DNA of 27,500 bases from Gemmatimonadota bacterium (GCA_013042495.1 JABDQB010000022.1:1-27500), one strand, 5' to 3'. Shown: positions 8,259-20,183, numbered from the stretch's first letter. Numbers and translations: made by a program. The notes: a model not told the origin generated them from the sequence alone.

Positions 8259-8297
8259 GGGAGTTGCCCCCGCGCGCCAAATCAAGCGATCTTGGGC
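8259..8297 (+). repeat. 39-bp direct repeat, copy 1 (contains promoter motif copy 2)
   Basis: 35/39 ungapped identity with 23211-23249 by hand alignment. TTGCCC 8264-8269-N18-GATCTT 8288-8293. ATG 8301 follows after 7 nt. Confidence 0.8.
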
Positions 8298-8300
8298 GCC

Positions 8301-10085
8301 ATGTCAGAAGCCCCCGGTTACCAGCGATTCTTCGCTGAGCTCAAGCGACGGAAGGTCTTTCAGTTGGCGGCCGTGTACGGTGCCGCCATGTTTGGCGTCT
8401 TGCAGGCGGCGGACGTCCTGGTTCCAGCCCTGCACCTGCCGGACGTCCTCATGACAATGGTGGCGGTGCTCGGGCTGATCGGCTTTCCCGTCGCGCTCGC
8501 CGTCGCCTGGACCTACGAGCGAACCGCTGCGGGGCTCGTGCGGACCGAAGACGCGGCGCCTGGTGAGCTGACCGAGATCATTTCGGCTCCTGCGGCGAAA
8601 CGTTGGCCCGTCGGCCTCGCCGCCGCCGCGGGCACGGCCCTGCTTCTGGTGGGCGGGTGGCTGGCGCTCGGCCGGCCGGCGAGTGGCGAGGGTGACACGG
8701 CCACGCCAGCGGCAGCCGGTACCGCGACCTCCGCTACGACGGTCTCCATTGCCGTATTACCGTTCGAGGACATGAGCGAACAGGGTGACAAGGAGTACTT
8801 CTCCGATGGATTGTCGGAGGAGCTCATCGATGTCCTGGTCCGGGTCGATCGACTTCGCGTCGCTGCTCGCACCTCTTCCTTCGCGTTCAAGGAAAGCGCG
8901 GCGGATATCCGGACGATCGCCGATTCCCTGGGGGTCGAAACCGTGCTGGAAGGCAGTGTCCGGGCTTCCGGAGACCGCCTCAAGATCACCGCGCAGTTGG
9001 TCCAGGCGTCAGACGGGTTTCACCTGTGGAGCGATACGTACGAGCGTCAGCTCACGGACGTGTTCGAGGTGCAGGAAGAGATCGCAACGGCCATCTCGGA
9101 CGCGTTGCTCGGCACGCTGGGGCTGGAAGGCCGGACCCAATTCACCGTGGCTCGCACGGACATCGAGGCCTACGAGCAGTATCTTCTGGGCCGCGCATTC
9201 GTAAGCCAGCGCGGACCGGCGCTGCGGCGCGCCGAGGACCACTTCCGGGCAGCCATCTCCATCGATTCGACGTATGCACCGGCCTGGGGCGGTCTCGCGG
9301 AAGTGTTCGCGGTCTATCCCTACTACGTCGATATTCCCGTCGATGAGGCCCTGGCCGAGTCCGAAAGGGCGGCCCGTCGGGCACTCGCCCTCGATTCACT
9401 GTCGGCCAGCGCCAGAGTGGCCCTCGGCAGCGTACTGCGAGAGAGGCGGAAATGGGCCGAAGCCGAAGCCGAGCTGCTGAACGCGCTTGAGCTGTCTCCA
9501 GAAAGTGCGGAGGCCAACGGCGAGTACTCGCAGTACCTGGGCTATGTGGGGCGGCTCGGAGAAGCGTCAGAGTTCGCGGACCGGGCGCTCGCTCTTGATC
9601 CCCTCTCCGGTCACAAGCTTGGCATCGCCGGCGTGTACTCCTTGCTGGCCGGGGATGTCGAGGCGGCCGAGGAACGGATGTGGCGCGCCCGGGACTTCTC
9701 GATTTCCGCCATCATCCTCACCCAGCACCTCGTCTCGCAAGGCAGATTCGATGAGGCCGAACAGGCCGCCCGGCTCAGCCCCAGCACCACGGACATGCTG
9801 CTGACGCTCGTGGAGGCGGTTCGCAGTCCGGTCGGTTCGGAGACCCGCGCCCGCGTCCTCGAACAGATCAGCGATCGCGAAATGCCGCTCGACCTGGGCG
9901 GCGGAACACCTCAATCGGCCTGGTTGCTCCTCCTCGGCGAGAGGGAGGCGGCCATCGACCTCCTCGAGGGGATGCTCGAGGGGCCGCTACTCGGCCTGGA
10001 GATGCTATGGCTGCCGGTGTACGATCCGATCCGTGACCACCCGCGCTACCCGGCGATCGTCGCAAGGCTCGAGCTGCCGGAGTGA
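8301..10085 (+). CDS. Membrane-anchored TolB-like (FlgO-type) domain plus TPR protein, no catalytic domain seen
   Basis: N-terminal YQRFFAELKRRKVF and three hydrophobic helices. SIAVLPFEDMS...EYFSDGLSEELI...VAARTSSF...VLEGSVR...ITAQLV domain followed by TPRs. Start set at ATG 8301. Confidence 0.85.
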   Translation: MSEAPGYQRFFAELKRRKVFQLAAVYGAAMFGVLQAADVLVPALHLPDVLMTMVAVLGLIGFPVALAVAWTYERTAAGLVRTEDAAPGELTEIISAPAAKRWPVGLAAAAGTALLLVGGWLALGRPASGEGDTATPAAAGTATSATTVSIAVLPFEDMSEQGDKEYFSDGLSEELIDVLVRVDRLRVAARTSSFAFKESAADIRTIADSLGVETVLEGSVRASGDRLKITAQLVQASDGFHLWSDTYERQLTDVFEVQEEIATAISDALLGTLGLEGRTQFTVARTDIEAYEQYLLGRAFVSQRGPALRRAEDHFRAAISIDSTYAPAWGGLAEVFAVYPYYVDIPVDEALAESERAARRALALDSLSASARVALGSVLRERRKWAEAEAELLNALELSPESAEANGEYSQYLGYVGRLGEASEFADRALALDPLSGHKLGIAGVYSLLAGDVEAAEERMWRARDFSISAIILTQHLVSQGRFDEAEQAARLSPSTTDMLLTLVEAVRSPVGSETRARVLEQISDREMPLDLGGGTPQSAWLLLLGEREAAIDLLEGMLEGPLLGLEMLWLPVYDPIRDHPRYPAIVARLELPE

Positions 10086-10843
10086 TGGTTCCGCCGGTAC
10101 CCGGGCGGCCACGTAGCCATAGCGCCGGGTTCGGCCGGCGCGACCTGCACGTGTGGAAGGCGGACCTGGACGCATCGCCCGGGCGCCTCGCACGATTCGA
10201 ACAGACGCTGGGGCCGGATGAACGCGCGCGGATCGGCAGGCTTCGTGCAGAGGCCGATCGTCGGAGGGCAACGGCCAGCCGCGGTCTCTTGCGACACGTC
10301 CTGTCGGAATACGCTGGGATTCCCGCCGCGGAGCTACGCTTCGCCTACGGACCGGCGGGCAAGCCCGAGTTGACGGAATCTGCGGACGGCGCGTCGCTCT
10401 ATTTCAACACCGCGCACTCTGGCGACGTGTTGCTCGTCGCCGTTGGCCGGGCATCACTCGGCGTGGACGTCGAGCGCGTTCGGCCGATCGCCCGGTGGGA
10501 GAGGGTCGCCCGGCGCGCCTTTTCCGAGAATGAGATGCGCCAGATCCAGGCGCTTCCGCCGGAGTTGCGGTCCGAGGCCTTCATCACGTGCTGGACCCGC
10601 AAGGAAGCTTGCGTAAAGGCAGTCGGTGAGGGGGTCTGGTCCGCGTTCGGCCGGTTCGAGGTTTCGGTGACGCCCGGCCAGCCCGCGAAAGTGCTATCGG
10701 TGGACGGCGCGCCAGCGCTCGCAGCGGACTGGTCGCTGTACCACCTTGAGCTCGTGCCGCATTTCGTGGGCGCACTGGCGATTCGGGGGACCGGGTGGCA
10801 GCTCCGGGTCAGCACGCTTCGGCCTGCGGAGGCAAGAACGTGA
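10082..10843 (+). CDS. Sfp-type 4'-phosphopantetheinyl transferase
   Basis: YGPAGKP, FNTAHSGD, LGVDVE and WTRKEACVKAVGEG motifs. Start is GTG 10082 or ATG 10085, overlapping the upstream stop. Confidence 0.9.
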   Translation: MMVPPVPGRPRSHSAGFGRRDLHVWKADLDASPGRLARFEQTLGPDERARIGRLRAEADRRRATASRGLLRHVLSEYAGIPAAELRFAYGPAGKPELTESADGASLYFNTAHSGDVLLVAVGRASLGVDVERVRPIARWERVARRAFSENEMRQIQALPPELRSEAFITCWTRKEACVKAVGEGVWSAFGRFEVSVTPGQPAKVLSVDGAPALAADWSLYHLELVPHFVGALAIRGTGWQLRVSTLRPAEART

Positions 10844-12537
10844 GTGTCTTGAAGACGGAAGTTCGACCGGGCGGCTACTACGACTCGATCGTGTTGATGC
10901 AGCTGCAGGCGGCGCTCGCCGATCTGCCAGGGGTCGAGGACGCAGGCGCCGTGATGGCCACGCCGGAAAACCGAGCGCTGCTGGAGGCGAGCGGTCTCAT
11001 GTCCGACGTGGCTGTCGAGGCCGGTCCCGCTGATCTCCTCGTCGTGGTGCGGGCCGAAACGGAAGACGCAGCGACCGACGCCCTGTCCAGGGTCGACGGC
11101 CTCCTGGTGCGGGGTGGCACCGGCGGGGGCGACGATTACCGACCGCGCAGCCTGGAATCGGCGCTCAAAGTGCTGCCGGAAGCGCGGTGGGCCCTGGTTT
11201 CGACGCCGGGCCGGTTCGCTGCCGGCGTGGCGCGCGAGGCCCTGGACCGCGGATTGAACCTGTTCCTGTACAGCGACAACGTGACTGTGGAGGACGAGGT
11301 TGCTCTCAAGCGCAGGGCCGCTGCGGACGGTCGGCTGGTGATGGGTCCGGACTGCGGGACGGCGTTGATAGCCGGAGTCGGGTTTGGGTTCGCCAACCGG
11401 GTGCGACGCGGCTCGATCGGCCTCGTTGCAGCATCGGGCACGGGTCTGCAGGCGATCTCGAGCCACGTGCACGCCCTCGGTGGCGGTGTGTCCCACGCCA
11501 TCGGAACCGGGGGGCGGGACCTTGCAGAAGAGGTAGGGGCGTTGACCGCCCGGCAGGGGCTCGACCTGTTGGCGCGCGATCCCGGAACGGAAGTGATCGT
11601 CCTGGTCTCCAAGCCTCCGGTTCCCTCCGTCGCCCGGTCCGTTCTCGGCGCAGCGAGGGGTACCGGAAAGCCTGTCGTTGTCCACTTCCTGGGATTCGCG
11701 CCGCCGGCACGGCGTATCGGCTCGCTCTACTTCGCGACCAGTCTTCCGGAGGCTGCCTGGATGGCCGTCGATCTGGCCAAGTCCGCGGGTGCGGTGGTTG
11801 ACGCAGAGAAGGACCCTCGCGGTGAAGACGGAGGTGCGAGCGCCGGAGGCTACCTGCGGGGACTGTTCGCCGGCGGCACGCTGGCCTCGGAGTCACTCCT
11901 CGCTCTCAAGAACTTCCTGGATCCGCTGCACTCGAACATGAAAGGGGACACGATACGGCCGTTGGAGGCCGTGCCGCGCAGCGAGTTCCACACGATCCTC
12001 GATCTCGGGGCGGACGAGTACACGGTGGGCCGCCTGCACCCGATGATCGACAACGACATGAGGGTACGCAGGATCGCACAGGAAGCCGCCGACCCGGAGG
12101 TCGGACTGATCCTACTGGACCTCGTGCTGGGCGATGGAGCGCACCCCGATCCGGCCGGTGAACTGGCTCCCGCGATCGCTGAGGCGCGACGCTCGCGGGA
12201 CCTGGAGTTCGTCGTGGTGGTGGTGGGCACGGACGAGGACCCGCAGGATCTGGCATCCCAGGTGGCAGCCCTCGAGGATTCCGGGGCCCTGGTGTTCGAG
12301 GATCTCACGAGTGCTCTGAGTCGAGTCGTCGATCGCCTGGTCGAGGTCGTGCCGCCCCCGCTGCCACCCGTGGAAGTGGAGCTCCTGTCCGCTCCGGTGG
12401 TCGCGGTCAATATCGGGCTCGAGTCGTTCTCCGAGAGTCTTGCGGACCAGGGAGCTCAGGCCGTCCACCTGGATTGGAATCCTCCTGCCGGGGGAGACGA
12501 CCAACTGATGGCGATTCTCGAGCGAATGAGGAGGTAG
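10840..12537 (+). CDS. fdrA: FdrA/YahF family protein (succinyl-CoA synthetase-like folds; AllF-like)
   Basis: YYDSIVLM, FLYSDNV, VMGPDCGT, SHAIGTGGRDL, GLFAGGTLA, DLGADEYTVGRLHPMID and DWNPPAGG motifs. GTG start at 10840 forms a GTGA overlap. Confidence 0.9.
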   Translation: MSVLKTEVRPGGYYDSIVLMQLQAALADLPGVEDAGAVMATPENRALLEASGLMSDVAVEAGPADLLVVVRAETEDAATDALSRVDGLLVRGGTGGGDDYRPRSLESALKVLPEARWALVSTPGRFAAGVAREALDRGLNLFLYSDNVTVEDEVALKRRAAADGRLVMGPDCGTALIAGVGFGFANRVRRGSIGLVAASGTGLQAISSHVHALGGGVSHAIGTGGRDLAEEVGALTARQGLDLLARDPGTEVIVLVSKPPVPSVARSVLGAARGTGKPVVVHFLGFAPPARRIGSLYFATSLPEAAWMAVDLAKSAGAVVDAEKDPRGEDGGASAGGYLRGLFAGGTLASESLLALKNFLDPLHSNMKGDTIRPLEAVPRSEFHTILDLGADEYTVGRLHPMIDNDMRVRRIAQEAADPEVGLILLDLVLGDGAHPDPAGELAPAIAEARRSRDLEFVVVVVGTDEDPQDLASQVAALEDSGALVFEDLTSALSRVVDRLVEVVPPPLPPVEVELLSAPVVAVNIGLESFSESLADQGAQAVHLDWNPPAGGDDQLMAILERMRR

Positions 12538-12541
12538 TTCC

Positions 12542-13780
12542 GTGGACCTCGCGCAAGCCAACCACGCGGCCGTCGAGCGCATGATGACAGCACGCCCATT
12601 GCTGAAGGGCGTCGCGACGGCGCGCGACGTGATCCCCGGGATGCGGGATGGACTGATCCTGCACGCGGGCCCGCCTATCGAATGGGGGCGGATGTCAGGT
12701 CCTCTGCGCGGCGCCGTGATCGGGGCCCTTCTGTTCGAGGGACTGGCCGAGGACGAGTCCGACGCGACAGGCCTGATCGAGAGGGGAGAGATCGAATTCG
12801 CGCCGTGCCACCACCACCAAACCGTGGGTCCGATGGCCGGTGTCACCTCGGCTTCGATGGCGGTCTACGTGGTCGAGAACGTCACGCACGGAAATCTCGC
12901 CTTTTCCAACCTGAACGAGGGATACGGCAAGGTGCTGCGCTACGGCGCCTACAGTCCGGAGGTCCTGGAGAAGCTCGGTTGGATGAACAGCGTGATGGCA
13001 CCCGTCCTGGCGGACGCGCTGGCGGCGAGCGCCGAACTCGACCTGCGCGCCCTTCTCGCCGAGGCTCTGCACATGGGGGATGAGGGGCACAACCGAAACA
13101 AGGCTGGGTCACTGCTGTTCCTCAAACTTCTGGCACCCCACGTGGCCCGGGTGGCCTCTTCGGACGTCGCCGAGGAGGTCCTGAAATTCCTCGGTGACAA
13201 CGCCCTCAGCGTGCTCAACCCCGTGATGGCTGCCTGCAAGGCAATGGCGGATGCGGGGCACGGAGTAGAGGGCAGCACCATCGTGACGGCCATGGCTCGC
13301 AACGGGACGGACTTCGGCATCCGGGTTAGCGGCCTGGGCGGCGATTGGTTCACGGCTCCCGCGCAGGTGCCCGACGGGCTCTACTTCTCCGGGTTCAGCT
13401 CAGAGGACGCCAACGCCGACATCGGTGACAGCACCATCACCGAGACGGCCGGTATCGGCGGCTTCGCCATGGCGGCGGCGCCCGCCATCGTCACCTTCGT
13501 GAGTGGCACACCGAAGGACGCGGTGAACACGACGATGGAGATGTACGAGATCACGGAAACCGACCATCTGCATTTCACGATTCCGGCGCTGGATTTTCGC
13601 GGCACGCCGACGGGCATCGACCTCCGGAAGGTAGTGGAGCTCGGGATCACGCCGCGCATCAACACGGGGATCGCGCACCGGGACGCCGGGATCGGCCAGG
13701 TAGGGGCTGGGCTCGTGCGTCCGCCGATGGAGGTATTCGAGGCGGCACTCATCGCCTACGCCGAGCGCTACGGAGTCTGA
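12542..13780 (+). CDS. ylbE: DUF1116 (YlbE/YahG, AllG-like) protein
   Basis: ILHAGPP, GPMAGVTS, NEGYGKVLRYGA, GDEGHNRN, ARNGTDFGIR, DIGDSTITET and INTGIAH motifs. Strong GAGGAGG RBS. Directly follows fdrA. Confidence 0.9.
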   Translation: MDLAQANHAAVERMMTARPLLKGVATARDVIPGMRDGLILHAGPPIEWGRMSGPLRGAVIGALLFEGLAEDESDATGLIERGEIEFAPCHHHQTVGPMAGVTSASMAVYVVENVTHGNLAFSNLNEGYGKVLRYGAYSPEVLEKLGWMNSVMAPVLADALAASAELDLRALLAEALHMGDEGHNRNKAGSLLFLKLLAPHVARVASSDVAEEVLKFLGDNALSVLNPVMAACKAMADAGHGVEGSTIVTAMARNGTDFGIRVSGLGGDWFTAPAQVPDGLYFSGFSSEDANADIGDSTITETAGIGGFAMAAAPAIVTFVSGTPKDAVNTTMEMYEITETDHLHFTIPALDFRGTPTGIDLRKVVELGITPRINTGIAHRDAGIGQVGAGLVRPPMEVFEAALIAYAERYGV

Positions 13781-13788
13781 GCGGCGCC

Positions 13789-15201
13789 CTACTCGACTCC
13801 CGGCGGCCGACCGATGGGCCTGAGCTCCTCGATCCGCCCGGCCAGGGCCAGGACGGACTCCTCGCCGCGCGGAGGGCCCACGACCTGGATGCCGACCGGG
13901 AGTCCGCTCGCATCCAGCCCCGCCGGGACACACGCCACGGGGAGATCGGTCAGCGTGAGGACGAAGGTGGGCGCGATCCATTCGATGTACGTATCCATCT
14001 TCCGGCCACCGATGGTCTCCGGGAAGTCCTGCTCGACGGGGAAGGGAGGCACGGGAACACAGGGCGTCAGCAGGTAATCATACCGCTCGAACAGGTCGCC
14101 CATCTTCCGGCGCAGCCGCTCCCGCGATTGCTCCGCCGCCGCCACCCGGGCCGGCGCGAGGGCGAGCCCGGCTCTGATGTTCCCGGCCAGATTCGGCCCG
14201 AGCTCGGCCAGCCGGCCGAGCCTGGAACGGTGGTGCTCCACCATCCAGCGTCCGCGCAGCGTCAGGAAAGCCTCGAATCCGTCCGACAGATCGAGGTCGG
14301 TTCCTTCTACATTGGCGCCTGACAGCTCCAGACTCTCCGCGGCCTCGCGGCATACCCGCTCGAGAGCCGGGTCGGCCCCGAGGCCCGCCAGGTCGGGAGC
14401 GTATGCCACTCGAGTCGCTTCTGCGGGACCACGCCGTACCGCGCCGACGAAGTCCCGCTCCGCTCCTGGCTCGGGAGTCGTCGTCGTGGGGATCGGACCG
14501 GAAACCGCCTCGAGCATGAGGGCCACGTCCGCCACCGTGCGCCCCATCGGCCCGGTGACGCTGAGGTCGTCGGCCGGCCACTCGGTAGGCACGGTGGGCA
14601 CCAGGCCCGGGGAAGGGCGCAGGCCGACCACTCCGCAGAACGAGGCCGGCACGCGCAAGGACCCGCCGAGATCGGTTCCCTCGGCCAGGGCGATCATGCC
14701 TGCGGCTAGGGCCGCCGCTCCGCCACCGGTCGATCCTCCCGCGCTCAACTCGGGATTCCACGGGTTTCGCGTGCGTCCGAACACCTCATTGAACGTGTTG
14801 CCGCCGGCCGCGAACTCGGGAGTGTTGGTCTTTCCCAGGATCACGGCCCCTGCCTCGCGCAGTCGGCGCACGACGAGTGCGTCCTCGTCCGGCACGTGAT
14901 CCGCATACAGGGGCGAGCCGTACGTCGTGCGCAGCCCGGCGACGGGCGTGGTGTCCTTGATTCCCACGGGAAGGCCGCACAGGGAACCGGGGTTCTCGCC
15001 TGCCGCCAGTCGCCGCTCGAGTTCCCGGGCCTGCTCCGTGGCGCTCTCATCCGGCGTGACGAGCGCGTTGATCCGGTCGTTGTGGCGGTCGATCTGTTCG
15101 AGGCACGCGTCGAGGACATCGACCGGTGACAGCTCGCCGTCAGCCACCCGACGCCGCAGCTCGACCGCCGAGAGGAGGGCGATCGACGATGGCTCGCTCA
15201 C
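13789..15201 (-). CDS. Amidase-signature family amidase
   Basis: GLPVGIKD, GKTNTPEF, GGSTGGGAAA and GTDLGGSLRVPASFCG (Ser-cisSer-Lys triad). Confidence 0.92.
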   Translation of the reverse strand: MSEPSSIALLSAVELRRRVADGELSPVDVLDACLEQIDRHNDRINALVTPDESATEQARELERRLAAGENPGSLCGLPVGIKDTTPVAGLRTTYGSPLYADHVPDEDALVVRRLREAGAVILGKTNTPEFAAGGNTFNEVFGRTRNPWNPELSAGGSTGGGAAALAAGMIALAEGTDLGGSLRVPASFCGVVGLRPSPGLVPTVPTEWPADDLSVTGPMGRTVADVALMLEAVSGPIPTTTTPEPGAERDFVGAVRRGPAEATRVAYAPDLAGLGADPALERVCREAAESLELSGANVEGTDLDLSDGFEAFLTLRGRWMVEHHRSRLGRLAELGPNLAGNIRAGLALAPARVAAAEQSRERLRRKMGDLFERYDYLLTPCVPVPPFPVEQDFPETIGGRKMDTYIEWIAPTFVLTLTDLPVACVPAGLDASGLPVGIQVVGPPRGEESVLALAGRIEELRPIGRPPGVE

Positions 15202-15216
15202 TGTCGCGGACTCCGC

Positions 15217-16005
15217 TCAGTCTTCCACGAACGCGATGGCGCGGCAGAACGCGGCCTCGCCGTCCTTGAACTTCCACGGGAAGATCCCGATCGTGAGGCG
15301 CTGGTTCTGAAGCTCGGGCGCCGCGATGTCCCCGCCCATGTTCTCGACGTGCATGCAGTTGTGGGGGAACAGCTTGTTGTGCGTGAGCTGGTAATCCTCG
15401 TCCGGGAACAGGCGCGCCACCGCCTCCGGACCTCCGAACTTCTCTTCCGCCAGGGCACGGACGCGGTCGCAGTGTCCGAACGTGCCTTTTCCGAGGAACC
15501 GGCCGATCGGCAGGTCCATGGGGTGATCGGTCGAGATCGCGTCGACGCCCCAGATGCGCACGTCCTTCTCGAGCAGCCATGGCACCATGTCCGGGTGGGC
15601 GCCCGGGTGGACGTGGACGTAGCGCTCCTCGTCCGGCGTCTCACCGAACTGGGCGAATCGTCCCCAGCCCGTGTGGAGGATGACGATGTCCCCCTTCTTC
15701 ACTTCGACCCGGCTGTCGATCATCTCAGGCGTGTAGGCGGCAAGGTCGTCCATCTCCTCGCGGAGGTCGACGATCACTCCCGGTCCGTACAACCAGTCGA
15801 GGGGAATCTGGTCGATCGTCATCCCGCCGGTGACGAAGTGCCGCGGCGCGTCGAGGTGCGTTCCCATGTGGTTCGAAGTCTGGATGTACTGGGCGTTCAC
15901 GCCGTGCTCGACTTTCCTCTTAATGTACTTTACCTCAAACGGCGGATAGTACGGCCAGAAAAAGACTTCCTGATTCAACGGCTGCGACAGATCGTATAGC
16001 TTCAT
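15217..16005 (-). CDS. Cyclase family metal-dependent amidohydrolase (kynurenine formamidase/isatin hydrolase-like)
   Basis: HxGTHxDxPxH motif (NHMGTHLDAPRH), ILHTGW, GVDAISTDHP and HVENM. ATG 16005 has a GGAGG RBS. Confidence 0.9.
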   Translation of the reverse strand: MKLYDLSQPLNQEVFFWPYYPPFEVKYIKRKVEHGVNAQYIQTSNHMGTHLDAPRHFVTGGMTIDQIPLDWLYGPGVIVDLREEMDDLAAYTPEMIDSRVEVKKGDIVILHTGWGRFAQFGETPDEERYVHVHPGAHPDMVPWLLEKDVRIWGVDAISTDHPMDLPIGRFLGKGTFGHCDRVRALAEEKFGGPEAVARLFPDEDYQLTHNKLFPHNCMHVENMGGDIAAPELQNQRLTIGIFPWKFKDGEAAFCRAIAFVED

Positions 16006-16047
16006 GTGTGCCTCCATGTGTGGTTCCGGTGTTGGCGCAGCCCCGCC

Positions 16048-17267
16048 TTACACGACGTCCTGCCGGCGAAGCTCGGCTATCTCCGCTCCGCTCTTGCCCA
16101 ACCAGTCGACGAGAATCTCGTCCGTGTGTTGGCCGAGCACGGGCGGTGGCGTATCTACCGCTCCCGGTGTCTCCGAGAGTTTGACGGGCACCCCGGTCAC
16201 GCGGATCGGCCCGGCCCTTGGATGCTCCAGCTCGACCACCATGTCGCGCGCGAGTACCTGTGGGCGTTCGCACACTTCACGCACGGAGTCGATACGTCCG
16301 GCCGGGACGCCGGCAGCCTGCAGGGCCTCGATCCACTCGGCGGTCGTCTGCTCCAACATCCTCGCGCCAAGCACCGCGCGCAGGTCGTCGGCGTACTTGA
16401 CTCGATCCGCGTTGGTGCGGAAGCGCGGATCCTCCGCAAGTCCTTCCAGATCCGCCGCATCGCAGAACCGGCGCCAAATGGCCTCGTTGCCGCACGCCAC
16501 GTTCAGGTAGCCGTCCCGGCACTCGAAGGTCTCGTATGGAACGATGGACGGGTGCCGATTTCCCATCCGGGTCGGACTCCCGCCGGTGGCGAAGTAGATG
16601 CCGGCCTGGTAGGTGAGCAGCGCGACCTGGCAATCGAGCATTCCGATGTCCACCTTCTGCCCCAGGCCCGTGCGCTCGCGCGCGATCAGGGCCAGCAGGA
16701 TCCCCTGGCAGGCCATCATTCCGGCGACGATGTCGGCCTGGGACGTGCCCACCTTGAAGGGCTGTCCGTCTTCGTCTCCCGTGAGGCTGGCGATTCCGCC
16801 CTCGCCCTGAATGATCAGGTCGTAGCCCGGAAGTGCGGCATCGGGCCCCGTTCCACCATACCCGGAGATCGAGCAGTAGATGAGCTTCGGGTTGATCTCG
16901 CGCACCGCTTCGTAGCCGTACCCCAGGCGGTCCATCAGACCGGGGCGAAAGTTCTCGACCACGACGTCGGCCGTCTCCAGCATCTGGCGCAGAACCGTCA
17001 GCCCACGCTCGTGCTTGAGGTCCAGCGTCATGCCGCGCTTGTTCCGGTTGATGCTCATGAAATAGGTGCTCTCGCCACCCAGGAACGGGGGGCCGTACCC
17101 ACGCGTGTCGTCGCCAGCGCCAGGCCGCTCGACCTTGACCACATCGGCGCCCATGTCGGCGAGCATCATCGTGCAGTACGGGCCGGCCAGGACCCGCGTG
17201 AGATCGAGTATCCGGAGCCCGGCAAGCGGCCGCGGCGAGTTTGCCTCTCCCCCGGCGGGACGATCGC

Positions 17268-17271
<4 letters not shown>
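16048..17271 (-). CDS. Family III (CaiB/BaiF) CoA transferase
   Basis: LAGLRILDLTRVLAGPYCTMMLADMGADVVKVE, NRNKR, DVVVENFRPG and catalytic-Asp region QADIVAG. GTG 17271 overlaps the NCS1 stop. Confidence 0.92.
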
Positions 17272-18709
<1,438 letters not shown>

Positions 18710-18713
<4 letters not shown>

Positions 18714-19600
18714 GCGCCCGCTGCCCTCCGCGCAGCCGTGTCGAGCGCCCGGGCCGTGAGCACTCGCGCGAGTTGCCGGCGGTACGCGGCCGAGGCGTGT
18801 ATGTCGGCCGGCGGATCGATGTCGATCGTCGCCACGGCCTCGCCGGCATCCCGCACCGCGTCCGGGGTGAGCGTCCTGTCGCGCAGCGCGTCCTCGGCCG
18901 TCTTCGCGCACACCGGACCGTCCCCGACGCTGAGCAGCGTGAGCGATGCCCGGGTGCACACGCCGCCGGCGTCCAGGGTGACGACGGCGCACACGCCCAC
19001 CAGCGCGAAGTCGCCTTGCCGGCGCGAGATTTCCAGGAACGCGGTGCCCGTGCCGGCGGGGAGAGGCGGGATTTCGACGCCCGTAACGAGCTCGTCAGGG
19101 GCCAGTGCCGTGCTGAAGAACCCGGTGCAGAAGTCGCAGAACTGCACGGTTCGGTCGCCCGCCGGCCCGCGCAGGTGGATTCGCGCGTCCAGGGCCAGCA
19201 TCACGGCGGGCAGTTCCGCCGCCGGGTCGGCGTGGGCCAGGCTTCCCCCCATCGTGCCTCGATTGCGGATCTGCGGATGGGCGATCCACGGCATCGCTTC
19301 GGCGAGGAGTGGCGCCCTATCGCGCACGACGGCGCTGCGTTCCAGCTCCGAGTGCCGCGTCATCGCCCCGATGTACAGGCCATTCGTAGCCCCGTCGCCT
19401 CCACCGTCCCTGATTCCCCGCAGCTCGTCCAGGCGGTCGATGTCCACCAGCACGGCCGGTTGTGCCAGGCGGAAGTTCATCGTCGGAATGAGGCTCTGGC
19501 CGCCGGCCAGTGGCTTGGCGCCGTACCCCTCGGCGGCCAGCACGGAAATGGCCTCGTCCACGGAGGACGGACGGACGTAACGGAACGGGGCCGGTTTCAC
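18710..19600 (-). CDS. Mo-hydroxylase (XDH/CODH family) FAD-binding medium subunit, CoxM-like
   Basis: MKPAPFRY, LAGGQSLIP, IRNRGTMGGSLAHADPAAE and RRQGDFA motifs. Confidence 0.92.
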
Positions 19601-20181
19601 AGGAGCAGCACCATGACGAGGGCGAGGAGGATCGCGACGACCAAAAAGAGCCTGAGACGCTCCTTGCGTGTCGCCGGCGGCCAGGAAGGGGAAGAGACCT
19701 CCAGGTCGGTGCTCCCCGCGACGGCGGCCGTCGGCGCCTGCCGCTCCATGATGGATCGATTCACCGCTTCCAGTCCCTGCTTACTCATCATCTTGCCGAC
19801 CGATTCGAGCAATCGCTGGCCCACGCTCGCCACGCGTCCACCCACCTGGAGATCGGCCCGGTATTTCATGACGGTTCCGCCGTCAGTCTCCTCGAAGGCG
19901 ACTCTGGCGATCCCGTTCACGAATCCGGCCTTGCCCTTGCCGTCCACGTGCATGTCGAAGCTCTCGGGGCGCACCTTTTCCTTCAGTTCGACCACTACGG
20001 AGAATCGGGCCGCCGTTACGGGGCCGACGCTCGCCTCCATCTCACCCTCGTACCGGTCCTCGCCGACCAATTCGAGCCGGTCGGTGCCCGGCAGCGCGCT
20101 TGCCAGGACGTCGGGATCCAGAAGCCCCTCGTACACGACCTCGGGCGGAAAGTCGAACGTGAACTCGGACTCAATCAGCAT
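19597..20181 (-). CDS. coxG: CoxG/SRPBCC family protein with C-terminal membrane anchor
   Basis: LLDPDVLASALPG, YRADLQVGGRVASVGQRLL and terminal helix LFLVVAILLALVMVLLL. Confidence 0.85.
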   Translation of the reverse strand: MLIESEFTFDFPPEVVYEGLLDPDVLASALPGTDRLELVGEDRYEGEMEASVGPVTAARFSVVVELKEKVRPESFDMHVDGKGKAGFVNGIARVAFEETDGGTVMKYRADLQVGGRVASVGQRLLESVGKMMSKQGLEAVNRSIMERQAPTAAVAGSTDLEVSSPSWPPATRKERLRLFLVVAILLALVMVLLL

Positions 20182-20183
20182 GG

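Noticed and set aside
13781-13788. Convergent genes with an 8-bp gap and no terminator (also 5116-5134)
   Set aside because: Common in compact GC-rich genomes, with no further evidence of antisense regulation.
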